Part shown: positions 12,522-24,972 of the stretch, piece by piece
Position numbering within the stretch: the stretch's first letter is position 1
How the letters are laid out: every line of letters starts with the position of its first letter
Source: Octopus sinensis
Lineage: Eukaryota
Direction: 5' to 3'
Length of the DNA: 64,000 bases
Assembly (NCBI RefSeq): GCF_006345805.1
Contig: NC_043006.1
Location: 56,234,001-56,298,000 of the forward strand
Notes under the pieces: model-generated
What the model was told of the DNA's origin: nothing
Seen by the model: the letters and a program-made list of their open reading frames with translations, nothing else
The model's database searches: none
Made by a program: the position numbers and the translations under genes

Positions 12522-13075
12522 AAGGCGGCGAGCTGGCAGAATCGTTAGTACGCTGGACGAAATGCTTAGCGGTATTTCGCCCGTCTCTACGTTCTGAGTT
12601 CAAATTCCGCCGAGGTCGACTTTGCCTTGCATCCTTTCGGGGGCGATTAAATAAGTACCAGTTACGCACTGGGGTCGATATAATCAACTTAATCCGTTTG
12701 TCTGCACTTGTTTGTCCTCTCTCTCTGTTTAGCCCCTTGTGGGTAGTAAAGAAATAAGTATTTCGCCCGTCGCTACGTTCTGAGTTCAAATTCCGCCGAG
12801 GTCGACTTTGCCTTGCATCCTTTCGGGGGCGATTAAATAAGTACCAGTTACGCACTGGGGTCGATATAATCAACTTAATCCGTTTGTCTGCACTTGTTTG
12901 TCCTCTCTCTCTGTTTAGCTCCTTGTGGGTAGTAAAGAAATAAGTATTTCGCCCGTCGCTACGTCGGAGTTCAAATTCCGCCGAGGTCAACTTTGCCTTT
13001 CATCCTTTCGGGGTCGATAAAATAAGTAACAGTTGAACACTGGGATCGATGTAATCGACTCATCCCCAACTCCCA
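12522..13075 (+). mobile_element. tRNA-derived SINE (Nin-like central domain), tandem array with 186-bp period
   Basis: A box TGGCAGAATCG, B box GTTCAAATTCC, GCCTTKCATCCTTTCGGGG..GATTAAATAAGTACCAG; units start at 12573, 12759 and 12945. Confidence 0.9.
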
Positions 13076-13539
13076 CAAGCTGCTCTTGTAACAAAAATTT
13101 AAAATAATTATAAAATATTTGCGAATATATAACTACTTGTATCTCGTACATGCTATATAGCTGCATCGTAGGTGGTTATTTCTGCCTAATTCAATATTGG
13201 CTTTGCAATGTACCCACTGGATAAACTCACTGAAGTAGTCCGATAAAAACGCATGTTTTGGAGTAAGAAATGTCCTGTACGTACATTGATTTCATTCTGT
13301 TGTCCGAATAATGTAGAAAAAGATGTATTCTGTCGCGTGAACCCACTGAAATGGTTGTGGTGGTTTCCATGCCAGTATTCAAGCCTTTGGTGTATTATTA
13401 TTGCAACCTTGTATACACGTGTAGAATTTGTATGATGTTGTGTATATGTATGTAGATATATATGTGTGTGTATGTGTCTGTGTATGTGTGTGCGTATGTA
13501 TATACATATACATACGTGTATATTCTTTAATCCTTTTAT

Positions 13540-13965
13540 TGCTTTTCATGTTTCAGTCATTTGACTGCTGCCATGCTAGGGCACCACCCTAAAAAGAGAT
13601 TTTAGTCAAAGAAATCGACACCAGGACTTATTCTATGTAAGTATAGTACTTATTCTATCTATTCTTTTGTCGAACCACTATGTTACAGGGACTTAAACAC
13701 GCCAGCACCGGTTGCCAAGTGATGGTGAGGGACAAACACAGACACAAAGACACACATAAATCCATATACACAAACATCCCCCACACACACATGTGCAATC
13801 ACAAACACACATATACGACTAGCTTCTTCCAGTTTCTGTCTACTAAATCTACTCACAAGGTTTTACTCGGCCCGAGGCTATAGTAGAAGACACTTGCCCA
13901 AGGTGCCACGCAGTGGGACTGATACCGGAACCATGAGGCTGGGAAACAAGCTTCTTACCTTACAC
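13540..13965 (-). mobile_element. CORE-like tRNA SINE
   Basis: CACTTGCCCAAGGTGCCACGCAGTGGGACTGA; homolog of 23251-23649. Confidence 0.85.
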
Positions 13966-13985
13966 CCATTTTTGCGTCTATATTA

Positions 13986-14044
<59 letters not shown>

Positions 14045-14083
14045 ACACACACCACACACACACACACATCACACACATGAGCG

Positions 14084-15384
14084 TGAGAGTGGGCTGAACG
14101 GTTCATAGGCTGATTACGAGTGATGACAGAGCTGTGAAATCTTGCACGCATTAATTTCAAAACTTCTTATTAATTGCTGTACTGTTTCTTTTCAAGTAAA
14201 CTTGTGACTCATTGTTCAGAGAAAATTTCAGAAGTAACTGGTTGTAACTTCTCTTGAAAACGGACAAAATTTGTCAAAGTGGTGTTGTCAAGTACCCGCA
14301 GAAAAGGAGTTCATTTCCCAAGGGTATTCATGCTAATAAGGTTGCTCTATAAGAGGATTATCCTCCAAGTTTATCAACAGTGCAAAAGTGGATAGCTAAA
14401 CTTTGGAGAGGAATGGAGAGCCTTGGAGTTGAACCAAAGTCTGGACGCCTTGAAACTGAAACCACTGAGAAAAACATTGATGGTGTTCACCATATGGTAA
14501 TGGACTTTAAATCAAATAGCCAATGCTATTGGCATATACTGTGAGAGAGTTGAGAATATTCTGCATAATGAACTTAGCATGACGAAAGTTCTTGTGCGGT
14601 GAGTACCACGTCTCCTAGCGCCTAAACAAAAGCGCATCAGGCTGATCACAACACCGGAAGATTTGGCATTATTTGAGTCGAATCCAGTGGGTTTCCGTGA
14701 ACATTTTCTAACTCAGGATGAGTGTTTGCTCCATCAATTTGAACCAGAGAGAAAGAGACAATCCATGTAGCGGAAGCACACCCTCCACACCTTCTCCAAA
14801 GATGACCATTATCGTTTCATCTGCAGAGAAAGTGACGCCCTCAGTTTTGGGGGATGCCAAGGGCGTTGTGTTCATTGGATATCATCAAAAGAGTCTCACC
14901 ATCAATGGAAAGTACAATGCAAACTTGCCGAGGCAATTATGAAAGGCAATCAAGACCAAACACCCAGGAAAACGTAGGAGTGGGGATCTTGTTTCATCAG
15001 GACATACTCCAGTACACAACTTCTTGGGTTTCAATGACTGCTGTGCATGACTGGCTTTGAACTGATCGATAACCCACCTTATTCTTCTGACTTGGCTGGA
15101 TATGACTATCATTTGTTTCCCAACATAAAAAAAACACTTGATTGGAAATTAGTACACAGTCATGATATCATCACATCTGCTATTGATGACGCTTTTATTT
15201 TTAGCAGCTGAATTAAAGCATGTTCACCAATGGAATCGAACCACTGCAACAATGGAAGAAGTGTGTGGACCGCAACAACAATGGAAGAAGTGTGTGGAAG
15301 TGTGTGGATTGAAAAATAAACCTCATTTTGTCATATTCCATAAGAGTGTCTTGGTCAACACATGAACTTTTTAGCCGACCCTAG
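14084..15384 (+). mobile_element. Degenerate full-length mariner transposon
   Basis: Degenerate TIRs GAGTGGGCTGAACGGTTCAT / ATGAACTTTTTAGCCGACCCTAG; fragments FLTQDE, ILFHQD, HPPYSSDLAGYDYHLFP; many stops and frameshifts. Confidence 0.85.
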
Positions 15385-15884
15385 TATACGTATATACATA
15401 TGTGTGTATGTGTGTGTGTTTGTACATATAAACACACTCAAGCATGCGTATACACACTTATATATACTGGTTCACACTTTCTCACACAGACAAAACACAA
15501 TTTACACAATCACCTTCTCACAGAAAAAGAAATTTGTGTTAAGAAGAAATGTATTTGGAAGAAATTACACATCCATATCTCTGAATACTAATTTCAAACG
15601 AAATATATAAATTAGCTTATAAGATTACAATGGCACAATCAAATTACATGTAAACTAGATCAGATGTTGTAATATTCGTTCCTTGCAAAAGTGTAGCGTA
15701 AATTTAATATGCAGCCTGTGGATATATATAGAGGAAGACTATGTACGTTCTAGCTTGCAGCAAGATATTGTGGGATCCTTGTAGATCAATCATTCGCAAC
15801 TCGTTCTTTGTGATTTACTTCTTCAGGTTCACCTAGTTTATCACTTATCCTTTAACTCCCATGCAATGTTTCTATCTAGCTCAC

Positions 15885-15967
<83 letters not shown>

Positions 15968-16339
15968 TACATATAATATATACATATAACTCCATTCGGC
16001 ATTTAGCTAACATGACGCCCTTGGCGTTATATTATCTAAGAGGAAGACCTAAGCTATAAAAGAAGACCTAAGTTATAAAGAAACTTCAAGATGAAGACAT
16101 AAGTTGTTAAAAAATTTTAAATAAACTTTGTGGAGTATATAGTAATGTTTAATGGAAAATGGTGTATTTAACTCTGTACATGTGAATGCTTACCTTTACA
16201 TGATGAATTTAAGATTAGTTACGAACAGCTGCATATATGATTCATTACCTCAGTGCAACTTTCTTCACAATAGAACGTTTTTTATACAGTAAATATCATC
16301 AAAGAAATATTTACTGTGAGACATTTCAACTAATGATAA

Positions 16340-16900
16340 TAGCAATGACGGAAACTGCTATAAATGCCTTGCTGTGAACTCATTGACATCTGGGTTTAGT
16401 CAACATACGAACACAATAAAACGAATCAAAAAGGTTTTCACCACCGCTTTCGAAATATATCAGGAGTTTAAGAGACAAAGTTATTTATAACTACAAAATT
16501 ATATGGTCTGATATTGAAACCACTCCCGGTTATATTAATCGCAAAAAGTATTACCCTTGCTAGGCCAAAAACTCAACACAGCAAGAATTTTTAATATATT
16601 AAATTCTAAATCAGAGTTAATTTCTACGTATCCACATCAAAGGAAGTTTTTTTCTATGATTCTTCAAACTATCAACCAGATCACAGTCTGTTTGCTCTTG
16701 CTATTTTCAGAATCCTTCGCATGTCTAGGTGATATCTTACACTCTGTAATGTTTTCCTATCTTTGACTTATCTTCTCTACTCGTACAAAACAGAACGTCC
16801 TTTACATGTGCCCAAAGCAGACTCCTACTTTTGAATGTTTGGTATACGCCACGATATTTACTCGCACTCACTATATGCTTTCTTTATATTATCGCTTATA
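16340..16900 (+). pseudogene. Degenerate PLE GIY-YIG C-terminal region
   Basis: ALSKYIRSLRDK and ILNSKSELISTYPHQRKF match the PLE endonuclease C-terminus (LLNxxxELxxxCxH). Confidence 0.6.
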
Positions 16901-17050
16901 AACAATCATAATACTCTATAATATTTTTACATACCATCATTGAACTTCATGGGATTTACGTACCACGCCCAATTTTTAAATTTAAAAGTACTACGACTAA
17001 ATAGAGTAAAAACATTTATTAGTGCTTACTACTCATGTTCATTTAACTCA

Positions 17051-17112
<62 letters not shown>

Positions 17113-17114
<2 letters not shown>

Positions 17115-18240
17115 TTTATAATTAGAGTTCAGCAAAGATTTGCTTTACCACATACCGAAGTTTAGAAATAGCAGCCAAAAAACCTTAGTTATTTCTTCTA
17201 CTTTAAAAAGGGACTCCCAGAAAGAACAAAATACTTGAAAACAATCCACGCAGGCAGAGAGGAAATCAATCGGTATCTGATTACCCATGTACGCGTTTCG
17301 GAATTAGATCGGTATAAAGAATATAGAATTATACTTTACCCAAACAATATTAAATATTAAAAATATTAAATTCGAAGGCACTGGAAGAATTGAACATATC
17401 TCTGCCTGCGTGGATTGTTTTCAAGTATTTTGTTTCTTCTGGGAGTCCCTTTTTAAAGTAGAGGAAATAGCTAAGGTTTTTTGGCTGCTATTTCTAAGCT
17501 TCGGTTTGTGGTAAAGCAAATCTTCGCTGAACCCTAATTATAAAGTATTACTTAAGTTTACCGTGAAATAGTCCTTTTTCATGCCGAATTCTACGTGGTG
17601 AAATTATCGATTACTTCTTAATTAATTAATTTTACCCTTTGTTATTATTAATAATAGAATTTTCTCCCTGATAATAAACTACAGATTTTTCTGTAGTATT
17701 TTACTTGACGACACACGCGGATGGGTAGGGGAAGGTGATGAACCTCATTCGTATTTTAAATTCGGCGGTACTGACACTGAATATGATCTGTCTGATTCCG
17801 TTAGGTGGAGAGATATGTTCAATTCTTCCAGTGCCTTCGAATTTAATATTTTTAATATTTAATATTGTTGAAGTCCCATGCTGATGAAGAAAATGTTTGG
17901 GTAAAGTATAATTCTATATTCTTTATACCGATCTAATTCCGAAACGCGTACATGGGTAATCAGATACCGATTGATTTTCGTTGTTTTTTCTTTCTGCCTG
18001 CCTGGATTGTTTTCAAGTATTTTGTTTTTTTGGGGGGAGTCCCTTTTTAAAGTAGAGGAAATAGCTAAGGCTTTTGGCTGCTATTTCTAAACTTCGGTAT
18101 GTGGTAAATCAAATCTTTGCTGAACACTAATAATAAAGTATTACTTAAGTTTACCGTGAAATGGTCCTTTTTCATGCCGAGTTCTACTTGGTCGAATTAT
18201 TAACTACTTCTTAATTAATTAATTTTACCCTTTGTAATTA
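17113..18240. mobile_element. PLE pseudo-LTR/retrozyme-like family B in (TA)n: inverted segment plus partial tandem with 590-bp period
   Basis: 17113-17402 is inverted relative to the body; TCTGCCTGCSTGGATTG recurs at 17403 and 17993; hammerhead at 17875-17956; pure (TA)n on both flanks. Confidence 0.85.
17875..17956 (+). ncRNA. Type I hammerhead ribozyme, family B
   Basis: CCCATG-CTGATGA-AGAA...TTCC-GAAA-CGCG-TA-CATGGG: 6-bp stem I, canonical core, palindromic ACGCGT stem III, one mismatch at the base of stem II. Confidence 0.8.
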
Positions 18241-18371
18241 TATATATATATATATATATATGAACACACACACACACATATATACATACAAATATATATG
18301 TATGTATATGCATGCATATGTATATGTGTGTACTTATATATATATGTATATATATATGTGTGTGTGTGTAT

Positions 18372-18586
18372 AGAGTGGCTATATATTTTTAAATTGAATT
18401 AATATTAACTTTTAATATTATCGATTAATATATATGGTCATGAAACGCGCGTAGTCAATTTAATGCTTGATCTGTTATGAGATTTTTAGAATAATAATAA
18501 GATATTTAATTAATTTCTATGTGGTTATTATAGATAATATTATTTCACTATTGATATAATACCTAAATAGCGGTTTGTCTCTAAAT

Positions 18587-18590
<4 letters not shown>
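18372..18590 (+). mobile_element. 5'-truncated PLE-type remnant retaining the 3' half of a hammerhead
   Basis: GTGGCTATATAT...ATATATGGTCAT-GAAA-CGCGCG-TA-GTC; CUGAUGA missing at the microsatellite junction. Confidence 0.45.
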
Positions 18591-18678
<88 letters not shown>

Positions 18679-18928
18679 TACTTACAGAATTTGCGGAAAC
18701 AATATCCGCAATATCTTGATGCCAACTGGGTTTAACCAAATATATTGATAAAATGTTTACGGTGTCCCTTTTATAGTTGTTCTTATAGGTATATCTTTTA
18801 ATCTTTTAATTATCATTACTTTTCCAATTGTACAAATAAAATGAATGAAGCATCTTAATTTTTCTTCTCCGTTTTCTTTTACTGATTTTAAAATTATATA
18901 TGCATACATACATACATACATACATACA

Positions 18929-18977
<49 letters not shown>

Positions 18978-19124
18978 TAATATATATATATATATATATA
19001 ATATTATATATATATATATATGTACATATATATATATTTACATACATATACATACATACATACACGCACATATATATATATATAAATACATACATACATA
19101 CATACATATATATATATATATACA

Positions 19125-19366
19125 TTTTCGGAATGAGATAAAAATTCAAGGGTGTGAAAGACTTTAGAACATTTATAAATATAAGGCTTTGCAGCTGTTT
19201 CCGGGATATTTTATATATCTCTTCATCGGAGACGGTGTGAGAAAATGTTTTGGACTCCTCATTCGTATAATCACCGAACCTAGATCTTATGTATGGTCTG
19301 TCCATAGCACTTACTCAGCATTACCTGATACCTTGGCTCTTATTGACACCATTACCTCTCATAACC

Positions 19367-19462
<96 letters not shown>

Positions 19463-20540
19463 ATTATGAGAGGTAATGTTGTCAATAAGATCCAAACGTG
19501 TCAGGTAATATTGAGTAAATGCTATGGATAGACCATACTTAAGCTCCTAGTTCGGTGATTATATGAATAAGGAATCCAACGTAGGTCATTTATCAGCATT
19601 TATATATATAAAAAAAACATTTTCAGAATGAGATAAAAATCCAAGGCTGTGAAAGATTTTAGAGCATTTATAAATAGGTCTTACAGCTGTTTCCGGGTTA
19701 TTTTATACATCCCTTCATTGGAGACGGTGGGGGAAAATGGTTAAACAATAGCTAATTTAGATACGATATGAAATAGAGAGTGAAGTGGAGGAATGAAAAT
19801 AGATGTGAGATATGCAGGGATATTGCATCTGTAGATCCATTATTTAGGCAGAATGGTATACATATAAGATTCCAATATCTTGTAAGTCCCAATAATATTT
19901 AAAATTGGTTATTCAAAGTATAGAGTTTATACACAGTGCTATTGAATCGAGGATTTTATTTAAAGTGACCTAAAAGTAGGGAATGTATTTGTAAGGTAAA
20001 ATCGAAAACAGGAAGAGAGGAATAAAGAAAAGAAAAACGAAAGAAAAAGAAAAGCAAGGAGAGAGATAATAAAGTGATGAAGATATAATGTAATTTACAA
20101 AAGCACTGTCCTTAATCTATTGCACAACTCTACAGCCATATACATAGGATCAACCAAACATTTTAAGCAATGATATGCCGCTCACCTTCATTTTTTAGAT
20201 ACGATAAACATAGTAAATCTACAACACTCACTAACCACATACATCATCTCAAAAATAGAAATATACCCTATACTCTATCATAGTCCATACTGGATTCAGG
20301 GCATCATTACCGAGGTCAACGCTCAACTTGCGAGCTTTGACTGAAGGAGGCACTTCACATATTAATGCACAACTCTCCAGCACTGCTAAATAAACATAAT
20401 GAGGCACTAAGCACATGCAAACACTGCTTTTTTAACACATTCAAATTCTACCACAAATCCAAATGCCAGAATGACCATTTCCACAATACCCCTATGTAAT
20501 CCCAGTAACCTTATAAATCTACATTTTAATTCCTAATCCC
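19125..20540. mobile_element. PLE family A composite: pLTR pieces around (TA)n, inverted pLTR 19461-20083, then GIY-YIG remnant on the plus strand
   Basis: Homologous to 2790-3720; minus-strand hammerhead copies at 19185-19233 and 19678-19725; endonuclease remnant abuts at ~20084. Confidence 0.8.
20087..20445 (+). pseudogene. PLE GIY-YIG endonuclease remnant
   Basis: NVIYKSTV...YIGSTKHFKQ*Y..H; STTLTNHIHHLKNRNIPY; LKEALHILMHNSPALLNKHNEALSTCKH; stops and frameshifts. Confidence 0.8.
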
Positions 20541-21141
20541 TACCCAATTCCTCTTTCATACTCGAATATCACATCCATTTTTAATTATAATCGCGTGTAT
20601 ATGCCTGCATAGATATATGCTTGTGTGTGTATGTGTGTATGTGTGAATATATGTATGTATACAAGGTATATATACCTGCGTGTGCAGGGGCGATAATACA
20701 TACAGATACACGTATATATGGGTGTATATATGTACATATTCATATGAGTACAAGTTGTACGTGTAGATGTCGATATGTATAAATATCTGTATAACGCTTT
20801 CACATGATTATTTGAAGAGAAAGTCGAAGAGCAAATGAAAAAGAAGAGAGAAAAAAGATCAAGGCGAAGAATGAGAAACAATAGGGAGAGTGTTGTGTAT
20901 TAAGTCTATAAAATGGTGCTTAAAATATATAAGTTGCATATATAAAGTGCTTTAAGTAATCATTGTATTCCAGTTTCTTTCCTTTGGGAAAAAGTAAAAC
21001 AACCACCCAGAGATACGGCAATATCTGTTTCAATACACGATTTTACAAGGAAACTTGCAAAACAAATACATAAACTTAATATATATGTATACATATATAC
21101 ATACATATATACATACATACATACATACATACATACATACA

Positions 21142-21173
<32 letters not shown>

Positions 21174-21206
21174 GACACACACACTCACACACTCACACAT
21201 ATATAT

Positions 21207-21819
21207 GTGGGGAAGTAAAAAATTATCCGCACTTTCACCATAACATATCTTAATTATTTTCACACTGCATTCCGCGCATGCGTGCTTGTAGTTAGTACTA
21301 ATGTGGTTACGTGATCGAAGTTTGAGCCTGATCGCGCCGTTTTTCTTTTTCCACTAGCAATGTGCACCAAAGAACGAAGTGCAGTGATCTGTTTTCTTTG
21401 GTCGAAAGTTTTGTCAGGTGCTGAAATTCATCGGATGCTTTTAGCACAATACGGGGACAGTGCACTACTTTGTAGAAGTGTGTATGAGTGGATCAAGAAG
21501 TTTAAAAGTGGCTGGACAAGCATAATGCATGGGGAGGAATCAGGACACCCATCAACCTCCACCACTGATGAGAAGATTCTGCAAGTTCAAGAGATGGTAA
21601 TGGTGAACCGGTTTACCATTACTATCTCTCGGATCACTGCTCTTTGTTGTTCTTTAGTGCATATTACTAGTAGTGCGGCCATGCTTATACTATAAAGACA
21701 GAAAGAAAAATGGCGCAATCAGGCTTAAATTTCGATCACGTGACCACAATGGTACCAACTATAAACATGCATGCGCAGAAGGTAGTGTGGCGAAAGTGCG
21801 GATAATTTTTGATTCCTCG
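21207..21819 (+). mobile_element. Internally deleted mariner with duplicated, inverted 5' end
   Basis: TIR core AAAAATTATCCGCACTTTC / GAAAGTGCGGATAATTTTT; ORF 21360-21695 is a mariner N-terminal HTH (RSAVICFLW...AEIHRML..QYG...SVYEWIKKFKSG). Confidence 0.8.
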
Positions 21820-21944
21820 CATGTGTGTGAGAGTGCGTATGTTTGTTTGCATATATTGAATGTATGTGTACATGTATAGGGACATTTATGTGTGTGCGCA
21901 TGTATTGAGTACATATGCTTTCACATGTCCTTTCCTTTTTACTT

Positions 21945-22262
21945 TTCTATGTTTCATTCATTAGACTGCTGCGATGTTGATGCACAGCCTTCACGAATTT
22001 TTGTGGAACGAATCGACCACATTACATTTTAAGTCTAGTACTTATTTTATCCTTCCCTTTTGCTGAAGAGCTATCTTACGGAATCGAAAATACACTAACA
22101 CGATGTAGAAGCCTTTGTTTAGTTTCCGTCTACTAAATCCACTCAAAAGGCTTTGGTCAGCCCGAGGCTATAGTAGAAGTCATTTCCCCAAGTTCTCACG
22201 TAGCGAGACTGATCCCGGAACCATGTGGTTGTGATGCAAGCTTCTTCCCACACAGCTACGGC
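21945..22262 (-). mobile_element. CORE-like tRNA SINE, degenerate
   Basis: Reverse-complement homolog of 23251-23649. Confidence 0.75.
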
Positions 22263-23250
22263 TATATTTAAAATGAGTAAACAAATAATGTTTACTCATA
22301 TTATTTGTTTACTCATTTGTAACAGTGGGGTTTGAAAGCAATATGTAATTTTCACGTAACCGATAAATCGTTTTGCTCTTTTTTTATACTAGAATATTCC
22401 CGATGTAATTGTATCTCTCATTTCTTGTCTATCTTTATATTATTTTGCTTAATTTGAAACGCGTTTGATAAGTATCATGGACTTTACTCTTGGCCTAGAA
22501 TTACTTTGTTACTTCTTGCCAATTAAAAGCATTGCATTAATATCCATTGACACTTATTACTTATGGGATTTACACACACACACACACACATATATGTATA
22601 TTAGATGAGGGAGCTAGTTAGCAGAGTTTCACTAAAAAGGAAAACAATAAATGTAATTAAATATAACTGAGAGTGGAAGAACACCTACACCGCAACAAAT
22701 ATGAGCTGAAGAGCCTTGATGCAATCAACGCACATAAAATTGTATACATACATGCTGGCAGCATCCGTAGATGGCTGGAAAGTGGCTATCGTGATATCCC
22801 TTCACTGTACCGTTTCAACTTTAGGCCGAAGCATTGTGAAAAGGGACGACACGGATCTCCAATTTCCGGATAACCAAGCTGCGAGCATATATGTTTGCTC
22901 AATAAACATTTATGGATAATTTAGCGAATCGCTGTGTACACAAATATCTAAATGAGGCAGCGAGTTAGCGAGTCATACTATACATTCCTTCTTGTAGCAC
23001 TCAATAAAGATTCTGTGTTACAGAGAATGTGATAAGCCTAGCACAGGTTCAAGTCACGTTTGCCAGCTAAGTGAAGTAATATGAAATAAAGTGACTTGCT
23101 CAAGACACAACTCTCCGTCGCGGATCGACCTAACGACCTTACAATCCTGAATTCAATACCTTCATCATTAAGCAACAACCCCGCAATCTATATGTGCATG
23201 TATATATATATATATTATATATATATGGAGAGAGAGAGAGAGAGAGAGAG

Positions 23251-23649
23251 CTGTGTGGTAAGTGGCTTCCTTACCAACCACATGGTTCCGGGATTCATTC
23301 GCACTGCGTGGTACCTTAGACAAGTGTCTTCTATTATAGCCTCGGGCTGACCAAGGCCTTGTGAGTGGATTTGGTAGATAGAAACTGAAAGAAGCCCGTC
23401 GTATATATGCATATATGTATGTGTGTATATGTTTGTGTGTCTGTGCGTGTTCCCTCAACATCGCTTGACAACCGATGCTGGTGTGTTTACGTCACCGTAA
23501 CTTAGTGGTTCGGCAAACGAGACCGATAGAATAAGTACTAGGCTTCCAAAGAATAAGTCCTGGGGTCGATTTGCTCGATTAAAGGCGGTGCTCCAGCAGG
23601 GCCGCAGTCAAGTGACTGAAACAAGTAAATGAGTAAAAGAGTAAAGAGT
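23251..23649 (+). mobile_element. CORE-like tRNA SINE, near full length
   Basis: CTGTGTGGTAAG A-box-like head, CCTTAGACAAGTGTCTTC core, internal (TA/TG)n, tail GACTGAAACAAGTAAATGAGTAAAAGAGTAAAGAG. Confidence 0.85.
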
Positions 23650-23758
23650 ATATATATATATATAATATATATATATATAGATATATATATATGTGTGTGT
23701 GTGTGTATGTGTGGAGAGAGAGAAAGAGAGAGAGAGAAAGAGAGATATGTATGTAAAT

Positions 23759-23869
<111 letters not shown>

Positions 23870-24331
23870 CTGATACGAACATACATACATGCATATATTC
23901 AAGCACGAATATAGACATGGATTTGAAAGCTTTCTCGTGTCTATTTATGGACACAAGCCACGCGCACTCCCACGCTTCAAACTTTGCTAGAAATGATATC
24001 CTATAAATACATAAATTTTAGTGGTTTCTTTCTAGATACAGATGACAGTGAAATATCATTAGATTGTTTATTTCCCTAGAGTATACAAGAAGCGCATCGC
24101 TAATGAGTCTATTGCATTCGGGTGTATGTATTTGCATTTGCCCGTCTAAGGGGTTAATGTGTGTGTGTGTGTATGTGTGTGTGTGTATGTGCGTATGTGT
24201 TTCGTGTGAAAATATGTTTATATGTGGTTTGTGTATAAATGCGCGCGTCGGCATGTATACATGTACATACAAACATATATATGTATGTATGTATGGATGT
24301 ATGTATGTATGTATGGATGTATGTATGTATG

Positions 24332-24376
<45 letters not shown>

Positions 24377-24500
24377 AAATAATAATAATAATAATAATAA
24401 TAATGATAATAATAGTAATATATATATATATATATATACACACACAATATGTATATATATCTTTTATTGCTTGTCCATATATATATATATATATATATAT

Positions 24501-24866
24501 AAAATTTTAAATATCATTGCAATACAAAAGTATTACTTTCCAGCTAGGGGTTCAGGCTAATATACTGGCAAGATGTAGCAATATTTAAAAATTTCCGTCG
24601 CAGGTGAATCTAGCTGATGAGGACTAATCAAATTTACGATGACAAACGTATTTTGAAAAGTCCGAAACTCGGGTCCTAGATTATCCATTCTAGATTGTCC
24701 AATTTTCGAATGTTCTTCCTAGAGGTAAGACGAAAAATTTAAAGTTCGCTGCCCGCATACATCTTTGCCATTATACATTTCAGTGAAACTTTACATAGCA
24801 GCGTATTGTTATCGGCTGCTATTTCCAGCAAACACTGGTGACTTGTTGTACCACTATTTCTTATTC

Positions 24867-24868
<2 letters not shown>
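24501..24868 (+). mobile_element. PLE pseudo-LTR/retrozyme-like family C in (TA)n
   Basis: Unique ~370-bp island between (TA)n tracts containing a complete hammerhead. Confidence 0.7.
24607..24682 (+). ncRNA. Type I hammerhead ribozyme, family C (intact core)
   Basis: AATCTAG-CTGATGA-GGACT-(33 nt)-AGTCC-GAAA-CTCGGG-TC-CTAGATT: perfect 7-bp stem I, 5-bp stem II, GUC cleavage triplet ending at 24675. Confidence 0.9.
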
Positions 24869-24902
<34 letters not shown>

Positions 24903-24927
24903 GTGCGCGCGTGTGTATATATGTATG

Positions 24928-24964
<37 letters not shown>

Positions 24965-24972
24965 GTATATAT

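Noticed and set aside
12522-12612. tRNA-like A and B boxes here and in other SINE heads
   Set aside because: No complete cloverleaf, and each continues into a SINE body; not tRNA genes
12475-12990. 171-aa ORF with internal repeat
   Set aside because: Antisense read-through of the 186-bp SINE tandem
22673-22873. 66-aa ORF in unique sequence
   Set aside because: No recognisable motif or splice support
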